From Desulfobacterales bacterium (GTDB taxonomy: Bacteria; Desulfobacterota; Desulfobacteria; Desulfobacterales; SURF-7), in NCBI GenBank assembly GCA_018693105.1, contig JABHLN010000002.1, forward strand, positions 5,172 through 69,171: a DNA stretch of 64,000 nucleotides. The letters are read 5' to 3'. A program made the translations under genes and the position numbers. The number at the start of each line of letters is the position of its first letter. Within the stretch, counting starts at the first letter, position 1. Under the pieces are notes generated by a model. That model made no database searches and was not told where the DNA came from. It saw nothing but the letters and a program-made list of their open reading frames with translations. Below, piece after piece: positions 52,898 through 62,740 of this stretch.

Positions 52898-55513
52898 TTA
52901 TTTGCCTTTTTGATAAAGGAAATGCCCAAACTTTCTATCCTCGGTAAGAATGTGCCCAACAATCCAGTCCTTAAAAAATTTCATAAAACTGAAATTCATT
53001 TCAATTTTATCTGATTTTAATTTTTCCTGAATTTCTAAAACTACTTTTCTCAGACGTTCATGCTGTTTTTTATGTAAATCCTGTTCAGGAAAATTATGTT
53101 TCTTAAGAATCTTTTCTTCTCCAATGAAATGGCTTTCAGCAAGTTGAATAAATGCTTTCATTTCATCCTCTAACACAGTTTTGTTTTCACCATTATGGAT
53201 GATTTCATAAAATCTTTTTATAGTTTCAAAAATCTTCTTATGATCATTATCCATTTCATCAATATTTATGCAGTATTCATCTCTCCACTGGAAAATGGGG
53301 ATACTGCTGAACTCCGGAGATAATAGCATCCCTAATCTCTTCTTATATGTTTCAAAGAGTTTCCAGTTAATAATGGGAATATTGACAAGGGTTTCACTAT
53401 TTATAAAATAAACCTCACTATCTTCTATTGCCCTGGCTCTGAAAAGAGAAGGTGTTTTAAAAAGAACATCACTTTCATTAAAAAAATCACCCTCATACGT
53501 AAATTCAAATACATCTTCATCAATAAATAATTGAAACGATCCTTTTATTATTATCAATAACCCGGATTTCTCTTTTAAAGGAATTTCTTCCCCGGCCTTA
53601 AATGAAAGCAAAGCCATGTCCTGAGAAAGTTTGTTTTGTATTAAGCTGGAAATGTTTTCCCCGAAAAGCCATGTGTTTTCCAGAAACTTTCTTCTTTCAC
53701 GCGATGCGTCAATACCTTCATAAAGCCCGTTTCGCCTGACAAAGTCGATATATAAACTACATGGTATTTTAAGTGTATTTACATAATTAACAGCCCGATA
53801 TGTACCCTTTGACATGGATCGCGTCAGCCCGGCACTCTCCCCGACATATCCTCCTGCAGACATCATATTGGAAGCATCGGCTTCATCCTGTATCTTCTCA
53901 ACCTCGCCGGTCAAAATTAAATAAATATACTTGTGCTTTTCTCCTTTTCTAATAAGAATGGATTCAGGATTGAAGGTGACAATAGGATTGTTAAGCAATA
54001 TGTCAAGCTGATCCATCTCAGTGGTAGAAAAATAGGATTTTAACAAGTTGTACGAGTATCTGCGCATGTAATCCTGATGACCGGGAATTAATACATCTAT
54101 CATACCAAACGGGGCCCCGGAACCAATGGCTTTTTGCTGGTTTGTCAATTCCAGTGAGGTATGTGACAATATTATTTTTTTAGATTTATCATCTTCAAAA
54201 TCTTCTGCATCACCATGGATCAAGCCCCCGCCTACATCTATCTTCTTTAGATCATGCTTTACCAAATACTTCTTTTTAATCCTCTCCATAAATTCTTTGG
54301 AGATTCCAATTTCCTCATCGTTTTCAGTGATCATGCCCTTTAAAACATCTAAACTTACTATATCTGCAAAATGAGCGTAGGATCGATAACCGTCCTCACA
54401 TATTGTCCTGAAGACAAATATAGTTGTTTCCACCGGATGCGGTGAAAATACCGGCTTGACCTCCAGACCATTGATATTATTCCATTTATCAATTTTCAGG
54501 TCCTGAATCTCAAAATAATTGGAAAAGTTTTCCTCATCAATGGAAACCAGCGCGGAAAGTTTCTTGAATACAGAAGCACGTACGAGAGGGCTTGCATAGT
54601 ATTTAATTCTATTGTCCGAGTGCATAAGTGTAGTAAGCCCTGCGAAGTGGTCATCGTGCGCATGGGTATGGAAAACCCCTTCAATTTCATTAACCCCTAT
54701 ACCTAAAGCTTTGAGGCTATATGCAATGTTTGGCCCTGAATCAATTAAATATAATTTCCCTTGAAACATCAGAACGCTTGCCATGCACGGGCGGTTAATA
54801 TCCCAACCATCCCCCTCACCCGAATGTAAAACCGCAAAATATTCCCTTTTAGTATTATGAAAACCCAGCCGATAAGAAGGTATATAAGATTCATTATGCC
54901 CAAGATTAAGGTCAACTGTGCTTTTTTCACCTTCATATTCAAATTCAAAAACATTCAAACGGAGGCGACGAATAAAAACCCCGTTTATTATCTCGACACT
55001 ATCCTTTCCGGTTATCCTATAATCAAGAAGATCTTCTGTATCTGGAATTTCTCCGAAAGCAAATTTCAACTTCAGCCGCATCATTTCACGAGCTTTTTTT
55101 GGAGATATGCCGGAATCTATAATCTCTTCTTCTGAAACCAGGCCGTAGTTTCCTCTATAGATATATTGCATCTGGGATTTAACCTGCTCTTCAGAACCAA
55201 TAAGCAGGGGTTTCAAACCGGTATTTTGAGGGTGATCAGGTAGAATCATGCCTTGGAGATACAGCATTTGCAACACAGGGAATTCGGAAAGATTTGAAAA
55301 ATCACCATTTTGAATTAAAATATCCGAAACTAATATGGCATTAGGGCCGGTTTCAAAAGCAACTCCATTCCTTTCAGTATTTGCGATCAGCCCTCTTTTT
55401 TTTAAATGTTTTACACTATCTGCCGGGCATCCACACAAGACATAAAGATTAGCTTCAGGTACCTCAACCCAGTAAACCCCCTTGCAAATCTGATGTTTTG
55501 CAATTTTAGGCAT
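52898..55513 (-). CDS. multidomain protein: unknown N-terminal domain + metallo-beta-lactamase fold + two cNMP-binding-like domains + C-terminal hemerythrin-like domain
   Basis: 871 aa. The MBL motif is FHTHAHDDHFAG. Two beta-roll regions resemble cyclic-nucleotide-binding domains (about 500-740). The C-terminus W.DEYCINIDEMDNDHKKIF...HFIGEEKIL...HKKQHERL...DWIVGHILTEDRKF is bacteriohemerythrin-like. Confidence 0.6.
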   Translation of the reverse strand: MPKIAKHQICKGVYWVEVPEANLYVLCGCPADSVKHLKKRGLIANTERNGVAFETGPNAILVSDILIQNGDFSNLSEFPVLQMLYLQGMILPDHPQNTGLKPLLIGSEEQVKSQMQYIYRGNYGLVSEEEIIDSGISPKKAREMMRLKLKFAFGEIPDTEDLLDYRITGKDSVEIINGVFIRRLRLNVFEFEYEGEKSTVDLNLGHNESYIPSYRLGFHNTKREYFAVLHSGEGDGWDINRPCMASVLMFQGKLYLIDSGPNIAYSLKALGIGVNEIEGVFHTHAHDDHFAGLTTLMHSDNRIKYYASPLVRASVFKKLSALVSIDEENFSNYFEIQDLKIDKWNNINGLEVKPVFSPHPVETTIFVFRTICEDGYRSYAHFADIVSLDVLKGMITENDEEIGISKEFMERIKKKYLVKHDLKKIDVGGGLIHGDAEDFEDDKSKKIILSHTSLELTNQQKAIGSGAPFGMIDVLIPGHQDYMRRYSYNLLKSYFSTTEMDQLDILLNNPIVTFNPESILIRKGEKHKYIYLILTGEVEKIQDEADASNMMSAGGYVGESAGLTRSMSKGTYRAVNYVNTLKIPCSLYIDFVRRNGLYEGIDASRERRKFLENTWLFGENISSLIQNKLSQDMALLSFKAGEEIPLKEKSGLLIIIKGSFQLFIDEDVFEFTYEGDFFNESDVLFKTPSLFRARAIEDSEVYFINSETLVNIPIINWKLFETYKKRLGMLLSPEFSSIPIFQWRDEYCINIDEMDNDHKKIFETIKRFYEIIHNGENKTVLEDEMKAFIQLAESHFIGEEKILKKHNFPEQDLHKKQHERLRKVVLEIQEKLKSDKIEMNFSFMKFFKDWIVGHILTEDRKFGHFLYQKGK

Positions 55514-55888
55514 TTATTTCACTCCTTGTTCTCTATATCAGCAGTCAATTATTCCAAATCCCGATATCAACGAATGGTCTTAGTACCAACTGGTTAAAGT
55601 ATGACGATTAAATTAAAAAGAATAAAATACATAATCAGGGATTAAAACCTTTTTTGTATATATCGAACAATATATTTATTATTAATCATCATGATAAAAT
55701 TCAAGATTGCAAATATGGATGAGTATTTTCTGATTATATTAATACCCATAATACGTCAAGGCACGCGGTAAATATATCAAGAGTTTATGTCTTTACTTCA
55801 CAAAAGGCCATGTTTTTGATCTATTTTAAAACAATTAACTATTTATCATGGATATTCCTTAATTTTCAACTAATTATTTCAATTCTTT

Positions 55889-57454
55889 TTATATCTTTCT
55901 ATTATGACCTATCCAATATTTTTCGCGAATCAAGTTCTTTAAAACTTTACCCCCAGAATTTTTAGGCAGGACATCTACAAAATCTACAAATCTAGGTTTT
56001 TTGTAACCGGCCAGCTTCGTTCTGCAGTATTCAATAACCGCTTTTTCAGTAATACTTTTACCGGACTTTAAAACCAGCAAAGCCCTTACGCTTTCTCCCC
56101 AATCAGGATCAGGGACTCCAATTACGGCTGCTTCCAATATTTCCGGGTGAGAATAAAGGACAGCTTCAATTTCTGCAGGATAAATGTTTTCTCCGCCACT
56201 AATGATCATATCTTTCTTACGATCAACGACATAGTAAAACCCTTCAGCATCTTTCCTGAGCAGATCACCACTATGGAACCAGCCCCCCTTCATTGCTTCT
56301 ATTGTAGCCTCAGGATTCTTGTAGTACCCTTTGGTAACAGTAGCCCCTCTATATATAGCTTCACCTACCTCCCCGACAGAAACTTCTTGTCCTTCATCGT
56401 CTATCAGGCGAATTTCAACAAGTGGGACAGCTTTGCCAATAGATCCGGGCTTTCTAAGTGCATCACGGGCATCAAGAATTGTCACCCCTCCATTCATCTC
56501 CGTTTGGCCAAAACAATCAAAAATTCCGGCATTAGGAAAGGTTTCAAGAATATGTTTTTTTACCCCAACAGGCATGATAGAAGCCCCGGTATTGAGTATT
56601 CTCAACGATGAGCAGTCGTAAGATCTTATGTTATCCACCTGGAGAAGCTGAATCCACATGGCAGGGACAAGAAAAAGTGTGGTGATTTTTTCGCGTGTGA
56701 TAATCTCCCAGCTTTTTACCGGTTCAAAGACTTTATCAACATAAACAGCCGCACCAACATAGAACTGGGTAAGGGTATACCCCAGAGAGGCAACATGAAA
56801 TAACGGGGGAATGCAGAGTAAAACATCATTATATTCCGTATGGTAAGCCATGGCCCATGAAATCGCATTGTTTAAAAAACTCTTATGTGAAATCACAGCA
56901 CCTTTGGGTAGGCCTGTAGTTCCGGATGTATAAAGAATCAATGCATCGTCATCATCACTTAATACTATACTGGGCTCCTGATTCCGTTCTCCCTTTACGA
57001 GTTCATCATACTGCTTTATGTCCTTTTCAAATTCACCTCCTACCACAATAAATTCGCGCACAAGAGAAACATTTCTACGAATTTCCTTCACATTCTCGAT
57101 AAATTCACAACCCAAAACCAGAATTTTGGCATCGGAGTTATTTAGAATATATTCTATTTCATTTGAAGCCAGGCGGAAGTTTATGGGAACAGCTATTGCA
57201 CCTATTTTAAAAACTGCATAACAGGCCTCAAGTATCTCCCTACCGTTAGGAAGAAGCAATGCAACCTTGTCTCCCTTACCGACTCCCATTTGCTTGAGAG
57301 AATGCGAAAAAGCATTAATTCTTTCATTAAACTCCCCGTAACTCATACTGCCCTTCTCCCAGATTAATGCCGTTTTATCCGGAAATTTCCTGGCATTTCG
57401 AGCAATAACATCGCCAAGCAAAAGCTGATACATAGGGTTAAATTCTTCTCCCAT
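55889..57454 (-). CDS. AMP-dependent synthetase/ligase (long-chain-fatty-acid--CoA ligase-like)
   Basis: 521 aa. AMP-binding motif LYTSGTTGLPKGAV, plus GEV.IRG, SGDL, DRKKDMIISGGENIYPAEIE. Confidence 0.8.
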   Translation of the reverse strand: MGEEFNPMYQLLLGDVIARNARKFPDKTALIWEKGSMSYGEFNERINAFSHSLKQMGVGKGDKVALLLPNGREILEACYAVFKIGAIAVPINFRLASNEIEYILNNSDAKILVLGCEFIENVKEIRRNVSLVREFIVVGGEFEKDIKQYDELVKGERNQEPSIVLSDDDDALILYTSGTTGLPKGAVISHKSFLNNAISWAMAYHTEYNDVLLCIPPLFHVASLGYTLTQFYVGAAVYVDKVFEPVKSWEIITREKITTLFLVPAMWIQLLQVDNIRSYDCSSLRILNTGASIMPVGVKKHILETFPNAGIFDCFGQTEMNGGVTILDARDALRKPGSIGKAVPLVEIRLIDDEGQEVSVGEVGEAIYRGATVTKGYYKNPEATIEAMKGGWFHSGDLLRKDAEGFYYVVDRKKDMIISGGENIYPAEIEAVLYSHPEILEAAVIGVPDPDWGESVRALLVLKSGKSITEKAVIEYCRTKLAGYKKPRFVDFVDVLPKNSGGKVLKNLIREKYWIGHNRKI

Positions 57455-57500
57455 TTTCCACTCCTGTATTATTTAAAATATTATAAATTCTTCAATAAAG

Positions 57501-57533
57501 AGGAATTCGTAAAAAGTATAACCGGTGGCTGCT
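57501..57533 (+). repeat. MITE-like repeat, copy F (left-end fragment only)
   Basis: AGGAATTCGTAAAAAGTATAACCGGTGGCT matches the left 30 nt of the family. Confidence 0.6.
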
Positions 57534-57561
57534 TATCTAAAACCCTTAATATATAATAAAG

Positions 57562-58218
57562 TTATGTAGAAGCTGTTATAGAGGCAAGTCTGACTCCGAG
57601 CTCGAAAGCTTTTTCACAATCTTTTGGAAATTTTTCCCTGCGGCTTTTTGCTTTCTCCTCAGGATCAAATCTATCCGCAACAACCTTCGAATAATCTCTG
57701 AACTGATATGTATCAAAGCTGAAGAGAGATTCTGAAGCACCGAATATCATATTCAATAACATTTCGTTTGAACCGAGGTGCTGGCCGAACCCATAATTTT
57801 TCATCTCCAGCTCTGTTAAATTCATAGTATAAATCAGCCCGGTGTTTATTTTTTTTGGAAAAAGCGATTGGGGAGGGTCTGTATATGTCATATAAGGAAA
57901 CACCAGTCTTTCAATGAACGACCTCATCTCTCCGGAAACGTTGAAATAATAAATCGGGGAACCCAGGATAATTGCATCAGCCTCCTCAACTTCTTCAAGG
58001 ATTAATTCAAGGTCATCTTTTACTGCACACCTGCCGTAACTTTTACCACCTTTTGTTTTACAGGCAAAACAACTCATACACCCTTTAAAATTTAGATCAT
58101 ACAAATGAATCAGATCGGTATCGGCACCCTGTGATGCAGCGCCCTCAAGAGCTTTTTCGAGCAAAGTTGCCGTATTCCATTCTTTTCTAGGGCTTCCGTT
58201 AAATGCCATAATTTTCAT
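57562..58218 (-). CDS. flavodoxin-like NAD(P)H-dependent FMN reductase / iron-sulfur flavoprotein-like
   Basis: 218 aa. MKIMAFNGSPRKEWNT and a Cys cluster CMSCFACK...C. Confidence 0.65.
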   Translation of the reverse strand: MKIMAFNGSPRKEWNTATLLEKALEGAASQGADTDLIHLYDLNFKGCMSCFACKTKGGKSYGRCAVKDDLELILEEVEEADAIILGSPIYYFNVSGEMRSFIERLVFPYMTYTDPPQSLFPKKINTGLIYTMNLTELEMKNYGFGQHLGSNEMLLNMIFGASESLFSFDTYQFRDYSKVVADRFDPEEKAKSRREKFPKDCEKAFELGVRLASITAST

Positions 58219-58243
58219 AAGCTACACCCCCCGTTATTTTGAG

Positions 58244-58319
58244 ACACTTAAAAATGATGAATTCGTAAAAAGTATAACCAATGGCCAAGCACTATAACGC
58301 AGTAGGTGGAAACTTTTTA
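58244..58319 (+). repeat. MITE-like repeat, copy G (short form, both termini, central part deleted)
   Basis: TGATGAATTCGTAAAAAGTATAACCAATGGCCAAGCA|CTATAACGCAGTAGGTGGAAACTTTTTACGACGCCATCA. Confidence 0.8.
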
Positions 58320-58593
58320 CGACGCCATCAAAAATAAGGTCGCCATTTTTATTATATTTATCTAAGATATAGTATTCAAAACAACCGTCAAGTCTTTTAT
58401 TTTACGTACAATTTATAATTTAAAATCACCGCTTGAGTTATTTCTGCTTTGTTGATAACAATCCAATTATTAGTATAATAAAGCATGAATTCGAAGATAA
58501 AAAATAACTTAAAAAACTATAGTTCAGAATTTATTAATTTGTGGCCGGTACTAATTTGTTGCCGGTACTATAGACAAACATCAATGGTATTCT

Positions 58594-59334
58594 ATGAATA
58601 AAAATATGTGTAACAAATTAATTTTATGCTGCCTTTCAATTATTCTTGCATATGGATGCGGTACTCCAAAAAAACATCCGCCCTTAAAAGGAACCCTAAA
58701 ACCTTATAAAGTATTTGGGAAAAAGTATTACCCGTTACAGGATGCCTATAATTTCACTCAAAGTGGAATTGCGTCCTGGTATGGGAAAAAATTTCACGGT
58801 AGAAAGACAGCAAATGGTGAAATATATGATATGTATGCCATGACTGCAGCCCACAAGACTCTGCCCCTTGGAACCTATGTCAGAGTTGTAAATAAAGATA
58901 ACAACAAGGAAATAGTGGTAAGAGTAAATGACAGGGGGCCGTTTGTAAGCGGCAGGATTATAGATCTTTCATACACTGCTGCAAAAAAGCTCGGAATGGA
59001 TGTATCCGGTACTGCGAAAGTACGAATAATTGCTCTTGGCAGCAGGAGTAAACCCAATAAAAAAATTCAGACTCCGGGTAGTTTTACTCCTGCCAACTAT
59101 AGCAAAGGAAATTTTACTATTCAGGTAGGAGCATTCAAAGACAGAAAAAATGCACAGAATTTGTTGAATAAACTGGCAAAAAAATACAAAAATGCTCATA
59201 TGGCGACAGATCTTAACGATGTGGGAACATACAAAGTTCGCGTTGGAAAATGTTCAACACTTCAGGAGGCTGCTGAATATAAAGAAATTCTTTTAAAAGA
59301 CGGTATGAGAAATGTATTTACTATTGCTGAATAA
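58594..59334 (+). CDS. rlpA: septal ring lytic transglycosylase RlpA-family lipoprotein (DPBB + SPOR domains)
   Basis: Lipobox LAYGC, GIASWYGKKFHGRKTANGEIYD, VRVNDRGPF, and a C-terminal SPOR-like FTIQVGAF... Confidence 0.85.
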   Translation: MNKNMCNKLILCCLSIILAYGCGTPKKHPPLKGTLKPYKVFGKKYYPLQDAYNFTQSGIASWYGKKFHGRKTANGEIYDMYAMTAAHKTLPLGTYVRVVNKDNNKEIVVRVNDRGPFVSGRIIDLSYTAAKKLGMDVSGTAKVRIIALGSRSKPNKKIQTPGSFTPANYSKGNFTIQVGAFKDRKNAQNLLNKLAKKYKNAHMATDLNDVGTYKVRVGKCSTLQEAAEYKEILLKDGMRNVFTIAE

Positions 59335-59459
59335 AGAACCCCGGCAAAAAAACCCGGGTATAGATATTTGAAATATTAATCTTAAGGTCTTGGATTCTCT
59401 GAAGACGATACAGACAGATTTGATTTATGAAAAAAGACCGTTTCAATTATAATAGAATT

Positions 59460-59888
59460 CTAAGCATCTGAATCGTGATCAACCGGTACCGGAATTTTCA
59501 ATATAGGTATGCCTTCTTCTTTTAACTGCTTCTCTTCTTCTTTTGTGCTGATACCTTTTATATTCCTAGGTTCTGAAACACCATAATGGATTTTCAGGGC
59601 TTCCTTTGCAAAGTTACATCCTACATCATCAAAATTATTTTTCACATAATCGGTAATTTGTTCACCTATTTCTGCAAGGGCCTCCTGACGTATAGATACA
59701 TCCCTGACATTATTATGGGAGGACTGTTTGGCCATTCCGAAGGTGGACAGCTTTTTGAATACTTTTGTCTCATTGCATACCGGACATGAAATTAGATCCT
59801 TTTTATTCTGGTCGTCAAAAGCCTTACCATCTTCAAACCAGCCTTCGAAAACATGATCATTTGAACATTGCAAATCAAATACTATCAT
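59460..59888 (-). CDS. DUF1178-family zinc-ribbon protein
   Basis: 142 aa. MIVFDLQCSNDHVFEGWF...CPVC is the characteristic N-terminus. Confidence 0.65.
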   Translation of the reverse strand: MIVFDLQCSNDHVFEGWFEDGKAFDDQNKKDLISCPVCNETKVFKKLSTFGMAKQSSHNNVRDVSIRQEALAEIGEQITDYVKNNFDDVGCNFAKEALKIHYGVSEPRNIKGISTKEEEKQLKEEGIPILKIPVPVDHDSDA

Positions 59889-60101
59889 ACAAAATCCTTA
59901 TTTTACTATATATTAAATAATCACATTTTTTACGTAAGAAAAACAGAGATTCTCCATATCGGGTTAACAAAGAATATTTAAAAAACAAATATTTTCAATA
60001 AAATATTTGTTTTTTCATCATATTTTTGTATTTATAGTTAATTTAGTCAAGTGAAATATAAAACAGTTATCCGGATATTTAAAAAGGTGAGAGAAAATAT
60101 C

Positions 60102-60740
60102 ATGAAACATTTAATTCTTTTAATAGTTTGTTTTCTTTTTTTTCCTGTTTCACTAGCAGCTGAAACCATGTATCTCGGTGATATAATGAAAATAACTTTA
60201 CGAACAGGAAAAGGAATTGACCACAAGGTAATTAAAATGATTAAGACCGGTCAGGAAATTGAAGTGCTTGAACCTGATAAAAGCTGGACCAAAGTGAGAA
60301 TGTCTGACGGAAAAGAAGGCTGGGTATTAAGTAGTTTTATTACACCTGAAAAACCTTGTGACATAATACTTGAAAAAATCGAAACCCTACATGAGCAGCT
60401 AAAAACTGATTTTGATACACTAAAAAAAGAAAATATCCATCTTAAACAAGAAAATCAGAACCTGAGTAAAGAACTTGAAAATAAAAAAAGTCTGGCTACC
60501 AGAATCAGCAAATCGTACGAAGACCTACAGGAAAGATCGTCAAATTTTATTAAACTTGAATCAAATTACAAAAAAGCTTCGGACAAACTGGATGACCAGG
60601 GGCAACAAATTAAGAAAATGCAAAAAAAACAATGGGACCGTTACATTTTAGCCGGCCTTATAGGAGCGGGGATACTACTCTTCGGATTCCTTCTTGGTTC
60701 CCTGTCAAAGAAAGAGCGGACACTTTCATCTTTTTATTAG
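60102..60740 (+). CDS. SH3-domain protein with coiled coil and C-terminal TM anchor (TIGR04211-like)
   Basis: Start trimmed to ATG 60102 with a signal peptide. The SH3b-like region is VRMSDGKEGWVLSSF, followed by a heptad-rich segment and a TM helix. Confidence 0.6.
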   Translation: MKHLILLIVCFLFFPVSLAAETMYLGDIMKITLRTGKGIDHKVIKMIKTGQEIEVLEPDKSWTKVRMSDGKEGWVLSSFITPEKPCDIILEKIETLHEQLKTDFDTLKKENIHLKQENQNLSKELENKKSLATRISKSYEDLQERSSNFIKLESNYKKASDKLDDQGQQIKKMQKKQWDRYILAGLIGAGILLFGFLLGSLSKKERTLSSFY

Positions 60741-60811
60741 GACACAATTAAATAAAACTTTGACCTTTAGGGCAGGTATATTAACTTTTCTTTAAAACAT
60801 TATCATATGGA

Positions 60812-62461
60812 ATGATTAACATGGAACATAAAACAGATTTTCTTGTAATCGGAAGCGGAATTGCAGGACTTACCTTTGCTTTGAAAGTTGCAGAATTCGG
60901 TAATGTAACGATAGTAACAAAAAAAGAAGTAGTTGAAAGCAGTACAAACCATGCCCAGGGAGGAATCGCTTCTGTTTTTGACGATATTGATTCATTTGAC
61001 CTTCATATTCAAGATACACTGGAAGCAGGTGATGATATTTGCAACCATGATGTTGTAAAAATGGTTGTCAAAGACGGACCTGAAAGAATCAAGGAACTTA
61101 TAAACTTAGGAGTTAAATTCAATTTAAAAAACCAGGCTGAAAATTCAACCGATTCTCCTGACTTTGATCTTGGACGTGAAGGTGGCCATTCAAGAAACAG
61201 AATCATTCATGCTCATGACATGACCGGAAAAGAGGTTGAAAGGGTTCTGGTGGAACAAGCCAGAAAAAATGAAAATATTTCCCTATTCGAGAATCATATG
61301 GCCATTGACCTAATTACCTGTTCAACTCGTATAAAAAGAGGGAGTGTAATAACAGACCAGGAAGATTTTTGCTGTGGAGCTTATGTACTGGACAGGAAAT
61401 CAAATGTTGTAAAAACATTTAGTTCAAAAATAACCCTCCTTGCAACCGGGGGCTCAGGGAAGGTTTATCTATATACAAGCAACCCGGATATAGCAACAGG
61501 CGACGGAATTGCCATGGGCTACAGAGCAGGAACCAAAGTGGCTAACCTCGAATTTGTACAGTTTCACCCGACCTGCCTATATCATCCTGAAGCAAAAAAC
61601 TTTCTTATTTCTGAAGCAGTACGTGGAGAAGGCGGTATCTTGATAAATACTTCGGGAAATAGGTTTATGGAAAAATATGATCCGAAAAAAGAACTTGCCT
61701 GCAGAGATGTGGTGGCGAGAGCAATCGACACTGAGCTTAAAAAAAGTGGTGATGATTCGGTTTTTCTTGATATATCGCATAAGAAACCTGATTTTGTAAA
61801 ACAACGTTTTCCAAATATTTATCAAAGATGTCTTGAGTTTGGTATTGATATAACAAAGGACCCGATTCCGGTCGTTCCGGCTGCCCATTATATGTGTGGG
61901 GGCGTTGTTACAGATATGTCAGGCAGGACTGATATTCAGCGCCTTTATGCTATTGGTGAAACAGCTTTTACTGGTCTTCACGGGGCTAACAGACTGGCGA
62001 GCAATTCACTGCTAGAAGCTCTTGTTTATGCTGAAACTGCTTCAAATCAGGCTGTAATCGACCTGAAAAAATTGAATGATAAAGAGATCCCTGAATCGCC
62101 ACGATGGGATGAATCAGGCACAACCAACAGTGATGAAGGTATAATGGTTTCACATGACTGGGATGAGATAAGACATCTAATGTGGAATTATGTAGGAATA
62201 GTCAGATCAGATAAACGCCTATCAAGAGCCAAGCGTAGAATTGACAATATTCAGGAAGAAATTAATAGATATTACTGGGACTTCAAGATCACACCTGATC
62301 TTATAGAACTTAGAAATATTGCACTTGTGGCGGAACTTATTATAAAATGTGCAGAGCACAGAAAAGAAAGTCGCGGCCTTCATTACACAATAGAATACCC
62401 TGAGAAGAATGACAAACTGTGGAAAAAAGATACATTTCTGAGAAGACCTTTGGTGGGGTAG
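60812..62461 (+). CDS. nadB: L-aspartate oxidase
   Basis: DFLVIGSGIAGL FAD motif, HAQGGIA, RFMEKYDP, HYMCGGV, FTGLHGANRLASNSLLE. The start may be ATG 60821 (MEHKTDF). Confidence 0.9.
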   Translation: MINMEHKTDFLVIGSGIAGLTFALKVAEFGNVTIVTKKEVVESSTNHAQGGIASVFDDIDSFDLHIQDTLEAGDDICNHDVVKMVVKDGPERIKELINLGVKFNLKNQAENSTDSPDFDLGREGGHSRNRIIHAHDMTGKEVERVLVEQARKNENISLFENHMAIDLITCSTRIKRGSVITDQEDFCCGAYVLDRKSNVVKTFSSKITLLATGGSGKVYLYTSNPDIATGDGIAMGYRAGTKVANLEFVQFHPTCLYHPEAKNFLISEAVRGEGGILINTSGNRFMEKYDPKKELACRDVVARAIDTELKKSGDDSVFLDISHKKPDFVKQRFPNIYQRCLEFGIDITKDPIPVVPAAHYMCGGVVTDMSGRTDIQRLYAIGETAFTGLHGANRLASNSLLEALVYAETASNQAVIDLKKLNDKEIPESPRWDESGTTNSDEGIMVSHDWDEIRHLMWNYVGIVRSDKRLSRAKRRIDNIQEEINRYYWDFKITPDLIELRNIALVAELIIKCAEHRKESRGLHYTIEYPEKNDKLWKKDTFLRRPLVG

Positions 62462-62489
62462 AATAAATATTTTTTCCACACAACACTTT

Positions 62490-62645
62490 TGATGGCGTCG
62501 TAAAAAGTCAACTTGGGATGGCAAAGTAAAAAGTTCAAGATCAAGGAGCCGCAAACCCCGAGGAGTGAGACATACTTGTCGTACGCCACAGTGACGAAGG
62601 ATGCAGCGCAACGCAGATATTGGACTTTTTACTAAGCCATCATCA
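62490..62645 (+). repeat. MITE-like repeat, copy H (divergent interior, conserved termini)
   Basis: TGATGGCGTCGTAAAAAGTC ... GGACTTTTTACTAAGCCATCATCA. The interior retains GAGTGAGACATACTTGTCGTACG, which resembles the loop of copies A, B and E. Confidence 0.7.
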
Positions 62646-62740
62646 TTGACAACATTAATTTGTGCATTAATATATTTAATCAGCTGAATAATATTGAGAT
62701 AATTACACAATAAAATAGTGCAGAAATATCAAGGACCTAA

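Noticed and set aside
62222-62710. 162-aa minus-strand ORF (and 62383..62589)
   Set aside because: It is antisense to the nadB 3' end and runs through MITE-like copy H.
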